A stretch of 64,000 nucleotides of DNA, taken from Candidatus Eiseniibacteriota bacterium. GTDB lineage: Bacteria > Eisenbacteria > RBG-16-71-46. This document shows, piece after piece, positions 1 through 9,703 of this stretch. The position numbers and the translations under genes were made by a program. The notes beneath the pieces are model-generated. The model did not search any database and had not been told where the DNA came from. It worked only from the letters and a program-made list of their open reading frames with translations. Each line of letters starts with the position of its first letter. Position 1 is the first letter of the stretch. Where the stretch lies: NCBI GenBank assembly GCA_963744995.1, contig CAVUWA010000004.1, positions 160,001 through 224,000 of the forward strand, read 5' to 3'.

Positions 1-2657
1 TCATCAACGACAGCACGGGCGTCGTCGACCTCGCCATGGATCCCGGCAATCCGCGCGTGCTGTACGCGGCGAGCTGGCAGGTGCAGCGCACGCCGTGGAG
101 CCTCGCGAGCGGCGGAGCGGGCAGCGGCCTGTGGAAGAGTGTGGACGGCGGCGACACCTGGCGGCGGCTCGAGGGGGAGGGGCTGCCGAAGGGCGTATGG
201 GGCCGCGTCGGCGTGTCGGTGTCGGGCGCCAGCTCCGATCGCCTGTGGGCGGTGATCGAAGCCGACGAGGGCGGCGTGTTCCGCTCGGACGACGCCGGGC
301 GCACGTGGACCCGGACCAACTCGGACCGCGACCTGCGCCAGCGCGCCTGGTACTACACCCATGTCCATGCGGACCCGCAGGACGCCGACGTGGTCTACGT
401 GCAGAACGTGCGGTTCCATCGTTCCGATGACGGCGGCCGCACCTTCAAAGCGATCGCGACCCCGCACGGCGACAACCACGACCTGTGGATCGACCCGCGC
501 GACCCGCAGCGCATGATCGAAGGCAGCGACGGCGGCGCGGTGGTGAGCTTCGACGGTGGCACGTCGTGGAGCAGCCTCGACAACCAGCCCACGGCGCAGT
601 TCTACCATGTCATCACCAAAGACGTGTTTCCCTACCGCGTCTACGGCGCGCAGCAGGACAACAGCACCGTCGGCATCGCGAGCCGCACCGACGGCTGGGG
701 CATCGAGCGGAGCGACTGGTGGGGCGTCGGCGGCGGCGAGAGCGGCTACATCGCGCCGAAACCAGGCGAGCGAGAGATCGTCTACGCAGGCTCTTACGGC
801 GGTTACCTCACCCGGTTCGACAAGCGCACCGGGGAGACCCGCGACGTGAATCCGTACCCCGAGAATCCGATGGGCTGGGGCGCCGAGGGTGCGAAGTTCC
901 GCTTCCAGTGGACGTTCCCGATCGTGATCTCGCCGCACGACCCGAACACCGTCTACGCGGGCTCCAACGTGCTGCACCGCTCCACCGACGAGGGCCAGAG
1001 CTGGCAGGTGATCAGCCCCGACCTCACCCGCAACGATCCCGCCAAGCTCGTCTCCTCGGGCGGGCCGATCACGCAGGACAACACCAGCGTCGAGTACTAC
1101 TGCACGATCTTCGCGATGGCCGAGTCGCCCGTCGAAAAGGGACTGCTGTGGGTCGGCTCGGACGACGGCCTCGTGCACGTGTCGCGCGACGCCGGCACGA
1201 GCTGGAAGAACGTGACGCCGCCCGCGCTGCCCGCGTGGAGCACGATCAGCCAGATCGATCCCGGCCCGCACGACGCCGGCACCGCGTATGTCGCGGCGAA
1301 TCGCTACAAGCTCGACGACGACCGCCCGTACGCCTACGTCACGCATGATTTCGGCAAATCATGGCGCTCGATCACCGGCGACCTGCCCGACGACGGCGGG
1401 TTCGTGCGCGTGGTGCGCGAGGACCCGGTGCGCAGGGACCTGCTCTACTGCGGTACCGAGACCGGCGCATGGTTTTCGCTCGACGCCGGCGCGCACTGGC
1501 GACCGCTGCGCGTCAACCGTCCGGGACTCATCCGGGACCTTGCCGATCCCGACGGCGAGTCGAAGGGCGCGCTGCCGCTGGTGCCGATCACCGATCTCGT
1601 CGTGCAGGGCAACGACGTGGTGGTCGCGACACAGGGCCGCGCGTTCTGGATCCTCGACGACGTGAGCCCGCTCCGGCAGGCTGCCGCGGCCGACGTGCGC
1701 GCGGACGCCGTGCTCTACGACCCCGCGCCCGCCTGTCTGTTCGGCGGCCCCGCGGTGCCGCGCCGCGACGCCGGCATGAACCCGCCGCCCGGCGCGATGA
1801 TCTACTACCGGCTCGCGAAGGAGCCGGCGAAAGGCGAAGAGGTGACGCTCGAGTTCCTCGACGCGAGTGGCGACGTGGTGCGCAAGCTCTCGAACAAAGG
1901 CGAAGGCGAAAGCGAAGGCGCCGGCGGCGGCGAGGAAGGTTTCTTCCGCCGCGGCGGGGCGACCAAGATCCCTGCCAGAGCCGGACTCAACCGCTTCACC
2001 TGGAACCTGCGCGGCGAGGACGCCAGCCGCTTCAAGGGTCTGGTCCTGTGGGGCGGCGGGCTCGAGGGTCCGCAGGTCGTACCCGGCGAGTACCGGGTGC
2101 GTCTCACCGTCGGCGGCAGGACCGAGACGCAGACGCTCGAGGTGCGCGGCGATCCGCGGCTCGCCACCACGCAGGCCGAGTATCAGGCGCGCTACGACCT
2201 GCTGAAGAAGATCCGTGACAAGCTCACCGAGACGCACGATGCGATTCAGCGGATCCGTGACGTGCGCGACCAGCTGAAGGACGCCGGCGACCGCGCACTG
2301 GCCGCAACGAAGGACTCGACCGTTGCGAAGGCTGCGAAGGACCTGACGAAGAAGCTCACCGCGGTCGAGGAGGCGCTCTACCAGACGAAGAATCGCAGCC
2401 GCCAGGATCCACTCAACTTCCCGATCCGGCTCAACAACAAGCTGAGCGCCCTGGTCGGCGTGGTGTCGAGCGCCTACGAGAAGCCGACGCGGCAGAGCGT
2501 GGCGGTGTACGACGACGTCGCGGGGAAAATCGACGCGCAGCTCGGAACACTGAAGACGCTGCTCGAGGAGGATCTGGCGGGCTTCAACGATCTGGTGCGC
2601 GAGAAGGACGTGCCGGCGGTGGTGGTGAAGGAGAGAGAAAAGAAGGGGCGCGGGTAG
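1..2657 (+). CDS. VPS10/BNR-repeat glycosyl hydrolase-like protein, 5' truncated by window
   Basis: Repeated Asp-box motifs (KSVDGGDTW, RSDDAGRTW, SFDGGTSW, STDEGQSW) and a C-terminal helical extension; frame is open upstream of the ATG at 36. Confidence 0.85.
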   Translation, partial: INDSTGVVDLAMDPGNPRVLYAASWQVQRTPWSLASGGAGSGLWKSVDGGDTWRRLEGEGLPKGVWGRVGVSVSGASSDRLWAVIEADEGGVFRSDDAGRTWTRTNSDRDLRQRAWYYTHVHADPQDADVVYVQNVRFHRSDDGGRTFKAIATPHGDNHDLWIDPRDPQRMIEGSDGGAVVSFDGGTSWSSLDNQPTAQFYHVITKDVFPYRVYGAQQDNSTVGIASRTDGWGIERSDWWGVGGGESGYIAPKPGEREIVYAGSYGGYLTRFDKRTGETRDVNPYPENPMGWGAEGAKFRFQWTFPIVISPHDPNTVYAGSNVLHRSTDEGQSWQVISPDLTRNDPAKLVSSGGPITQDNTSVEYYCTIFAMAESPVEKGLLWVGSDDGLVHVSRDAGTSWKNVTPPALPAWSTISQIDPGPHDAGTAYVAANRYKLDDDRPYAYVTHDFGKSWRSITGDLPDDGGFVRVVREDPVRRDLLYCGTETGAWFSLDAGAHWRPLRVNRPGLIRDLADPDGESKGALPLVPITDLVVQGNDVVVATQGRAFWILDDVSPLRQAAAADVRADAVLYDPAPACLFGGPAVPRRDAGMNPPPGAMIYYRLAKEPAKGEEVTLEFLDASGDVVRKLSNKGEGESEGAGGGEEGFFRRGGATKIPARAGLNRFTWNLRGEDASRFKGLVLWGGGLEGPQVVPGEYRVRLTVGGRTETQTLEVRGDPRLATTQAEYQARYDLLKKIRDKLTETHDAIQRIRDVRDQLKDAGDRALAATKDSTVAKAAKDLTKKLTAVEEALYQTKNRSRQDPLNFPIRLNNKLSALVGVVSSAYEKPTRQSVAVYDDVAGKIDAQLGTLKTLLEEDLAGFNDLVREKDVPAVVVKEREKKGRG

Positions 2658-2867
2658 AGCGACCGAAGCTGCGGAGCCGGCCGCTGCTCAAGTCGTCGGC
2701 AGATCCCGCATCGGGGTGTCATCGCACGATTGCTCCGGCGTCATGAGGCGGAACGCCGGCTGCAGCGAAGTCTCGACGGCCGGCAACCTCTGGTGTAGCT
2801 TTCGAGGGATCCGCATTGGCCCGCGCAGGCGGTGCAAAGCCAGAGAAGGATCAAGAGGAACACCGGC

Positions 2868-5800
2868 ATGCTGCAGACAGGGACGTCTCGGCCAGACGGT
2901 TCACGCCCTCACGGGTCGCGCCGGCGCTGCGCGCCCGCGCGCGCCCGCCGTGGCCCGTGGCCCTTCGTCGCGTTCCTCTGCATCCTCGCCTCCTGGCCCG
3001 CGACCCGGATCGAAGCGCAGGTCGTCGATCCGGAGTTCCCCGTCCCCAACGGGGCGGTCTTCGCCATGGCGCTCGACCAGGGCACCCTTTACATCGGCGG
3101 TGACTTCACGCGCATCGGGCACGCGGTCGGGAGCGCCGTGTTCGTGGATCCGCTGTCCGGCGCCGTCATGCCCGGTTTCCCCGAGGTCGTCGGGAACGTC
3201 TACGTCATCCGCCCGGATGGCTCGGGCGGCTGGTACCTCGGAGGCTCATTTACGTCCGTCGGTGGACTGCCGCGCGCCAATCTGGCGCACGTGACCTCAA
3301 CCGGCGAAGTCTCGGACTGGAATCCCGGTGTGGATGGCGAGGTCGCCGGGATCGTGGTCCATGGCACGCTGGTGTACCTGCGCGGCTCATTCTGGAGGGT
3401 CGGGGGCGAACTCCGAAACGGTCTCGCCTCGGTCCGCTCGAGCGATGGGAGCGTCACTCCGTGGGCGCCCGCCATGCCCGGGAGCGACATCAACACGCTG
3501 GTCGCCAGCGATGCCGCCGTCTATGTGGGCGGTGACTTTTACTGGTGGGAAGACCCCGCCCGCGACCATCTCGTGGCGCTCGACCCCGTCACCGCTCAAG
3601 CGCTCCCCTGGGATGCCCATGTGCCGGATGCGGTCGAAGCGCTCGTCCTGCGCGGGGACACCCTGTTCGTCGGCGGGGCGTTTCAGGATATCGGCGGCGA
3701 GGCGCGCCAGGGGCTCGCCGCGCTGAGCGCGACGACGGCCGCATTGCTTCCGTGGACCTCGTCGGCCTGGTCCAGGGTGTTCGCACTGGCCACGAGCGAC
3801 GACGCCCTCTATGTCTCCGGCCTGCGCCAGCCGGTCGGCGAACCGCCCCAGATCGACCTGACGGCGATCGATGCGGCCTCGGGGGAACCGGCCGACTGGT
3901 CTCTGACGTCCGACAATCCCGTGCTCGACCTGGCCGTGCGCGGCGGGACCCTGTACGTCGCCGGTCCGTTCGGTTCGATCGGCGGGATAGCGCGAAGCTA
4001 TGCGGCCGCCGTCGACCGGACGACGGGGGCCGTCACCACATGGAATCCGAGCCCGGACCAGTACGCGGGCGCGGTCGCTTCGGATGGGACCCGCATCTGC
4101 ATCGGCGGCAGCTTCCGGAGCCTGAAGGGGCTGCCCCGCGCGCGGCTGGCGGCGATCGACGTGGCGAGCGGCGCTGTCACGGACTGGAACCCCGGGGCAA
4201 ACGCGAGGGTGACGGCGCTTCTGGTCAATGGTCCCACCGTGTTCGCGGGCGGCTCGTTCGCTACCGTCGATGGTCAGACCAGGGTGCGGGCGGCGGCCAT
4301 CGACAAGCTGTCCGGAGCGGTCGAGCCCTGGAACCCGGGCGTGAACAACACGGTCGCGGCGCTGGCGATGTTCGGCTCCAGATTGATCCTGGCGGGCTCG
4401 TTCACCTCCATCGGCGGGTTCGGACGCGCGAAGATCGCTTCGATCGATCCGGTCACCGCCGTCGTGGACGCCTGGAATCCCGGCATCAACGGGGACGTGA
4501 ATGCGATCGCGATTCGTGACAGCACGGTCTACGCGGGCGGGTTCTTCACGCAGGCGGGCGGCCTGGCGCGCCAGCGCCTGGCTGCAATCGATGCCGTGAC
4601 CGGCGACGTCACCGCGTGGAATCCCGGGGCGACGGACAACATTCTTGGATTGGCTGCGACCGACTCCACGGTCATCGTGGCAGGCAGCTTCAACTCCATC
4701 GGTGGCCTCGCCCGGCGCTGGCTGGCCGCGGTCGATCGGCAGACCGGCCAGGTGACGCCCTGGGATCCACGGCCGAGCTTCCAGGTTCTGGCGCTCGCGC
4801 TGGACGGGCGCAATGTCATCGCGGCGGGACCATACTCGAACATCGGCGGCCGCGCGCGGTCGGGGCTGGGCGCGGTGGATGCCGGGACCGGGGACGCGAC
4901 CTCCTGGGACCCTCACCCGATGTCCACGGTTCACGTGGTCATTCCGCATGGGAGCATCGCCTACGCCGGCGGCTGGTTCACGGCCATGGGCGGCCGGCCG
5001 CAGGCGAATCTCGCTGCCATCCACTCGCTCGACCCTGAAGTCACCGTGCAGGACGTATCGCTGACGGAGGGAGACGACGGCACCAGGCTGGCGTCGTTCG
5101 TCGTGGCGCTCTCGCAGCCGGCGAGTGGTGAGGCTTCGGTCGATTTCACGACGATGGACGGGACGGCCACCACCGCCGACAGCGACTACGATTCGCTCGC
5201 CGGCAGGCTGGTGTTCCCGGCGGGCGAGACGACCCGGACGATCGACGTCGTCGTCCACGGCGACACGCTGCGGGAGGACGACGAGACGTTTTCGATTCGG
5301 CTGTCCAACCCGATCGGGGCCCAGATCCTGACGCCGGAGGCGACCGGGACGATCGTGGACGACGACCTCTATCGAGGCGGTCGCATCAATCTGTTTCGCG
5401 CATGGAGCGACGCAGGAGACGAAGTGGGGCTCGGTCGCCGCTACTTCGTTGCGACCCCGCAGGGCTCCTTCGCCGGGGGCGGCGCCGCCGAACGCGCCCG
5501 GGTGATCGCGAGCTGGGATGGCCACGTGGGCGACGCGACCTTCGCATCGCCGTTCGACGTGCCGCTGGAGCCCGGGGTGTACACGGGCGGCGCGTGGTAT
5601 CCGTATCAGTCTCCCTCGCAGCCGGGGCTGAGTGTGGCGATCGACGGCCGGCGTTGCGCGGGGGCAAACACCTCGTTCAAGGTGCGCGAAGTCCGGCGCG
5701 ACTCGCTCGGCACCGTGAACGCGTTCTGGGCCACCTTCGAGCAGCATTGCGACGGTGTGGCCCCGGCGCTGCGCGGGGAGGTCGCCTTCAACGTGGACAT

Positions 5801-7310
5801 CGCGCTGCTGGTGCGGACACCCCAGTACCGGTTCGCGCACGTCAACACCCCGGTGTCGTTCACCGTCTCGGCACTTGATGCGCGCGGCGAGCCGGTGTCG
5901 CTCGATGCGGTCGGGCTTCCTCCAGGCGCGACCTTCACCGATCACGGCGACGACACCGCCACGTTCGCCTGGCCCGGCGGATCACCCGTTCTGGATACGG
6001 TCACGGTGGCTTTCCGAGGCACGGATGCGACCGGTCACAGTTCGAGCTCGACGACCGAAATTCGGATCCACGGGCCCGACTTCGTCGCGTTCGACGGCGA
6101 TTCGGCCGACTTCGTGACGCAGGGACGCTCGTATCTGTTCCATGACGCCAACGCCACGCTGCGGAGCTGGTCCAGTGGATACGGCGCCGTGAGCGTCAGC
6201 GCCTCGGACCCGAGCCACTCGTACCAGCTGGCGTTCGCGGCTCCCGTTCCGAGAGCCCTGTCTCCCGGCCGATGGATTGCCGACCTTCGTCCCAACCCGC
6301 CGGCGATCGGACTGTCGGGGGACGGCCGCGGCTGCAATTTCAGCCGCGGCTGGTTCGACGTGCGGCAGATCGTCTACGGGCCGGCGGGCCAAGTGGAGTC
6401 GTTCTGGGCCGTGTTCGAGCGTGTCTGTAGTGATCGCGGGGAGACCTGGACACGCGGGGAGGTGCGGCTGAACGCGGACACCTCGTTGTACGTCACGCCA
6501 CCCGCGGACGCATTCATGACCGCGGGTTCCGACACGGCGCTGACCGTGCTGGCGGCCGACACACGCGGGCATCCGGTGGCGCTGTCCATGGATCAGGTTC
6601 CGCCCGATGCGACGTTCGAGGATCAGGGTAACGGGGTCGGTATCCTGCACTGGTCTTCGGTGCCCGCGATGCCCGAAACGATGACCGTGCATTTCATCGC
6701 GACGAGCAGCGCCGGGCCCGTCGTCTCGGCCCCGACGCTGCTCCACGTGGCCGACGTCGGCCAGCCGACGGCCGTGCTCTTCTCGCTCCTCGCCGCGGAC
6801 GCGACGCCGGATGCCGTGGAGCTCGAGTGGTATGCGCCTGCGGCGATGTCGGACGTCCCGGTCGTCGAACGCAGGGAAGCGACGGGCCCGTGGCGGGAAC
6901 TGGGCGAGGCGGTAGTGAGCTCGGACCATCTGACCTTCCGGGATGAAGACGTCGCCGCGGGCGAGCGCTATGCCTACCGTTTGCGCCTGACCCGCGGGGG
7001 CGAAGCCATCGTGTCCGCCGAGGCCTCGGTCGAGGTCCCGCAGTGGCGTCTGTCCCTCGCGCCTCCGCGGCCCAACCCGGTCACGGGTCCGCTGACGGCG
7101 GAATTCACGCTGCCGCGGCCGGGCGCCGCCGGGCTCTCGCTCCTCGACGTGGCGGGGCGACGCCTCGTGCACCTCGACCTCGGCCGGATGAAAGCCGGGC
7201 GACACAGCGTCCCGATCGCCGGCGCCGGGGCCTTGAGTCCGGGCCTCTACTGGCTGACACTGCGCCACGAAGGAGAGTCGCGGACGCGAACGGTGGTGGT
7301 GACCCGCTAG
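2868..7310 (+). CDS. Secreted beta-propeller protein with Calx-beta domain, a tandem duplicated beta domain and a C-terminal sorting tail
   Basis: Signal-like segment; many GGxF...LAAID...WNP repeats; Calx-beta (VSLTEGD...DDETFSIRLSNP); two FWAxFE..C...RGEV domains; tail PRPNP...LLDVAGRR...SPGLYW. Start chosen from AAGAGGA upstream of ATG 2868. Confidence 0.8.
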   Translation: MLQTGTSRPDGSRPHGSRRRCAPARARRGPWPFVAFLCILASWPATRIEAQVVDPEFPVPNGAVFAMALDQGTLYIGGDFTRIGHAVGSAVFVDPLSGAVMPGFPEVVGNVYVIRPDGSGGWYLGGSFTSVGGLPRANLAHVTSTGEVSDWNPGVDGEVAGIVVHGTLVYLRGSFWRVGGELRNGLASVRSSDGSVTPWAPAMPGSDINTLVASDAAVYVGGDFYWWEDPARDHLVALDPVTAQALPWDAHVPDAVEALVLRGDTLFVGGAFQDIGGEARQGLAALSATTAALLPWTSSAWSRVFALATSDDALYVSGLRQPVGEPPQIDLTAIDAASGEPADWSLTSDNPVLDLAVRGGTLYVAGPFGSIGGIARSYAAAVDRTTGAVTTWNPSPDQYAGAVASDGTRICIGGSFRSLKGLPRARLAAIDVASGAVTDWNPGANARVTALLVNGPTVFAGGSFATVDGQTRVRAAAIDKLSGAVEPWNPGVNNTVAALAMFGSRLILAGSFTSIGGFGRAKIASIDPVTAVVDAWNPGINGDVNAIAIRDSTVYAGGFFTQAGGLARQRLAAIDAVTGDVTAWNPGATDNILGLAATDSTVIVAGSFNSIGGLARRWLAAVDRQTGQVTPWDPRPSFQVLALALDGRNVIAAGPYSNIGGRARSGLGAVDAGTGDATSWDPHPMSTVHVVIPHGSIAYAGGWFTAMGGRPQANLAAIHSLDPEVTVQDVSLTEGDDGTRLASFVVALSQPASGEASVDFTTMDGTATTADSDYDSLAGRLVFPAGETTRTIDVVVHGDTLREDDETFSIRLSNPIGAQILTPEATGTIVDDDLYRGGRINLFRAWSDAGDEVGLGRRYFVATPQGSFAGGGAAERARVIASWDGHVGDATFASPFDVPLEPGVYTGGAWYPYQSPSQPGLSVAIDGRRCAGANTSFKVREVRRDSLGTVNAFWATFEQHCDGVAPALRGEVAFNVDIALLVRTPQYRFAHVNTPVSFTVSALDARGEPVSLDAVGLPPGATFTDHGDDTATFAWPGGSPVLDTVTVAFRGTDATGHSSSSTTEIRIHGPDFVAFDGDSADFVTQGRSYLFHDANATLRSWSSGYGAVSVSASDPSHSYQLAFAAPVPRALSPGRWIADLRPNPPAIGLSGDGRGCNFSRGWFDVRQIVYGPAGQVESFWAVFERVCSDRGETWTRGEVRLNADTSLYVTPPADAFMTAGSDTALTVLAADTRGHPVALSMDQVPPDATFEDQGNGVGILHWSSVPAMPETMTVHFIATSSAGPVVSAPTLLHVADVGQPTAVLFSLLAADATPDAVELEWYAPAAMSDVPVVERREATGPWRELGEAVVSSDHLTFRDEDVAAGERYAYRLRLTRGGEAIVSAEASVEVPQWRLSLAPPRPNPVTGPLTAEFTLPRPGAAGLSLLDVAGRRLVHLDLGRMKAGRHSVPIAGAGALSPGLYWLTLRHEGESRTRTVVVTR

Positions 7311-7378
7311 AGCGGACGCCTCACCCGGGCGCGGCACCAGGGCGGGAGACCCGGCTCGCCCGGCATCAGGAGGAGCAC

Positions 7379-8206
7379 ATGACCCCCCTCGTTTTCGTCG
7401 CCGTGATCAGCGCCGTCGCGCCGACCGCAACCGTCCGCCCGGCGGACACGCTCACCGTCGTCACGCTCAACCTGTGGCACGACCAGCACGACTGGCCGAA
7501 GCGGCTGGCGGTGATCCTGCCGCAGCTGCGCGAGATCGGTCCCGACGCGATCTGCCTGCAGGAGGTGCTGCAGCACGAGCACCTGCGGAACCAGGCCGAG
7601 ACGCTCGCCGACAGTCTCGGGATGCACGTGCACTTCACGTCCACCGACGGCCCGAAGGCGGTCAAGCGCTACGGCAACGCGATCCTCACGCGGGAGCCGA
7701 TGCTGCTCGCCGACGGGAAGAAGCTGGAGCCGTTGGATGACTACCGCACGGTCGCGCACGTGCGCATCGAGGTGGGCGGACGGCCGATCGACCTGTACGA
7801 CACGCACCTCCATCACACGCCGGAAGGCGGGGCGATCCGCGCCGAGCAGGTCCGCGACCTGCTCGCGTTCATCGATTCGACCCGCGGCGACGGTCAGGTG
7901 GTGCTCGCGGGCGACTTCAACGCGCAGCTCGATACGCCCGAGCTGCAGTTGCTCGCCCGCGACTACGACGACGTGTTCAGAGCCGTGCACCCGCATGCGA
8001 CCGCCGAGGAGGCCGTCACGTACAACCCGGTCTTCGGCATCGCGCCGGGCGCGATCGACCACGTGTTCGTGCCAAAGGAGACGTCACGGCGCCTCGAGCC
8101 CGGGCGATGCGAGATCCTGTTCAGGAGCGCGGGCCCCGACAGCGTGTGGGCGTCGGATCACTTCGGAGTGGCGGCCTGGCTCGAGATGGGGCAGGCGGGC
8201 CGGTAG
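7379..8206 (+). CDS. Endonuclease/exonuclease/phosphatase (EEP) family protein
   Basis: TLNLW, CLQEV, YGNAIL, THL, AGDFNA, IDHVF and SDH motifs; AGGAGG RBS before ATG 7379. Confidence 0.9.
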   Translation: MTPLVFVAVISAVAPTATVRPADTLTVVTLNLWHDQHDWPKRLAVILPQLREIGPDAICLQEVLQHEHLRNQAETLADSLGMHVHFTSTDGPKAVKRYGNAILTREPMLLADGKKLEPLDDYRTVAHVRIEVGGRPIDLYDTHLHHTPEGGAIRAEQVRDLLAFIDSTRGDGQVVLAGDFNAQLDTPELQLLARDYDDVFRAVHPHATAEEAVTYNPVFGIAPGAIDHVFVPKETSRRLEPGRCEILFRSAGPDSVWASDHFGVAAWLEMGQAGR

Positions 8207-8347
8207 CGGGCGGGAGGTCGCGTGCCGGGCCGGGGCGGTCTCCCGGGAGACATTCGCAGGGCATGAGGACGGGCATCGGGGCCGTTCCCGGTGCTAACAT
8301 CAGCAGGTCATCCCCTGTGACCGGGCGAAGGTTCTCTCGACCGGGGC

Positions 8348-9544
8348 GTGGAGGGCGAGTTGGGCCGCCTTCGATTTCTCTTCCGGCTGCCGTTCTCAGC
8401 GGAGCGCCACCACGGGTGGTTCGCGTCCATCGCGAACCCTGCCGCGTGGCTGCTGACCGCAGCGCTTCTGCTCATCGGATCGTGCCGCCTGTTCTCGAGC
8501 GACTTCACCATCTCCGGCCGTCTCGAGAGCGGTTTCGGCTGCACGTTCCTCGCGACCGGCGGTCGCAACTACGAGCTCCTCAACTGGCGCGGCGATCTGG
8601 CGCCGCTGGGCTCATACGTCACCCTGCGCGCCCGGCCCCACGATGGCGGTTCTACCTGCATGGTCGGACCGATGGTGGAAGTCGTGCGCGTGAAGAGCGT
8701 GACGACCGGCTTCCGCACGGCGCCGGTGGTGGGGACGGAGACCTGGGGGCCCGGGCAGGACCCGATCGTGCTGGGACAGGTCGAGGTCGTCCCCGGCGCG
8801 AGGTTGAAGATCCTGCCCGGCACGACCGTTCAGATCATCGACTACGGCGAGCTGCGGGTGCGGGGCGTGCTGGAGATGGTGGGCACGAGCGGCGACTCGG
8901 TGCACTTCATCGGCCCGGGCGGCCCGGTGGTACTGGACTCGGTACAGGCGGGGACGCAGGTGGCGTACGCCTCGCTCGGGCGCCTGACCGTCACGGGCCC
9001 GAGCCCCGATCTCGAGCGCGTGACGGTGGCGTCGCTCACCGTGGTCGGCGGTTCCGTCACCCTCCGCAACGCCGTCGTTTCGGGCGCGTACGTCTACGAG
9101 GGGGCCCTGGCGGCGGAGACGGCGGAGCTCGGAATGCTGAACGGGATCTACGGCGACTTCGACGTCTCCGGCAGTACGCTGAACTCTCTGTTGCTGTCGT
9201 ATTCGCGCGCCGCGGTGACCGACAGCCGATTCACCGGAACGCGCGGCGGGGTGGTGTTCCACGGCCGGTCCTCGGGGTCGTTCGAGCGCAACACGTTCCT
9301 CGCCGACGAGACCAGAATCGAAGTGCGTCACGATTCCGACCCCGCGTTCCACCACAACGACTTCGTCGGTGCCGCCACCACGGTGATCTGCGAGTCCTAC
9401 CAGCTGTCCTCCTGCATCCACGTGGAAGAGAACTGGTGGGGGACGAGCGACGAGGCGGAGATTGCGGCGCACTTCGAACAGGGCTGCCCGGTCTGCTACG
9501 TGCCGTGGCTGACCGGACCGGCGGGGGCGCTGGCACGACGCTGA
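8348..9544 (+). CDS. Exported protein with probable right-handed beta-helix domain
   Basis: Hydrophobic stretch ending IGSC; VVPGARLKILPGTTV and ENWWGT motifs typical of beta-helix proteins; start uncertain. Confidence 0.6.
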   Translation: MEGELGRLRFLFRLPFSAERHHGWFASIANPAAWLLTAALLLIGSCRLFSSDFTISGRLESGFGCTFLATGGRNYELLNWRGDLAPLGSYVTLRARPHDGGSTCMVGPMVEVVRVKSVTTGFRTAPVVGTETWGPGQDPIVLGQVEVVPGARLKILPGTTVQIIDYGELRVRGVLEMVGTSGDSVHFIGPGGPVVLDSVQAGTQVAYASLGRLTVTGPSPDLERVTVASLTVVGGSVTLRNAVVSGAYVYEGALAAETAELGMLNGIYGDFDVSGSTLNSLLLSYSRAAVTDSRFTGTRGGVVFHGRSSGSFERNTFLADETRIEVRHDSDPAFHHNDFVGAATTVICESYQLSSCIHVEENWWGTSDEAEIAAHFEQGCPVCYVPWLTGPAGALARR

Positions 9545-9566
9545 GCGGTCGAGCGCACAGGTGACG

Positions 9567-9611
9567 CCCGCCCCACCGTCGGAATCCCGCCCCACCGTCC
9601 GAATCCCGCCC
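9567..9611. repeat. 19-bp tandem repeat (two copies plus a partial) upstream of the kinase gene
   Basis: cccgccccaccgtcggaat / cccgccccaccgtccgaat / cccgccc. Confidence 0.8.
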
Positions 9612-9703
9612 GCCCGGCCTCTGCCCTGGTGTATGCTGCCTCGCATGTCGCCGCGTTCACACCTCTCCGTGTGTTCGGTCCGCCCGGCGCCGCCGGTTCT
9701 CCC

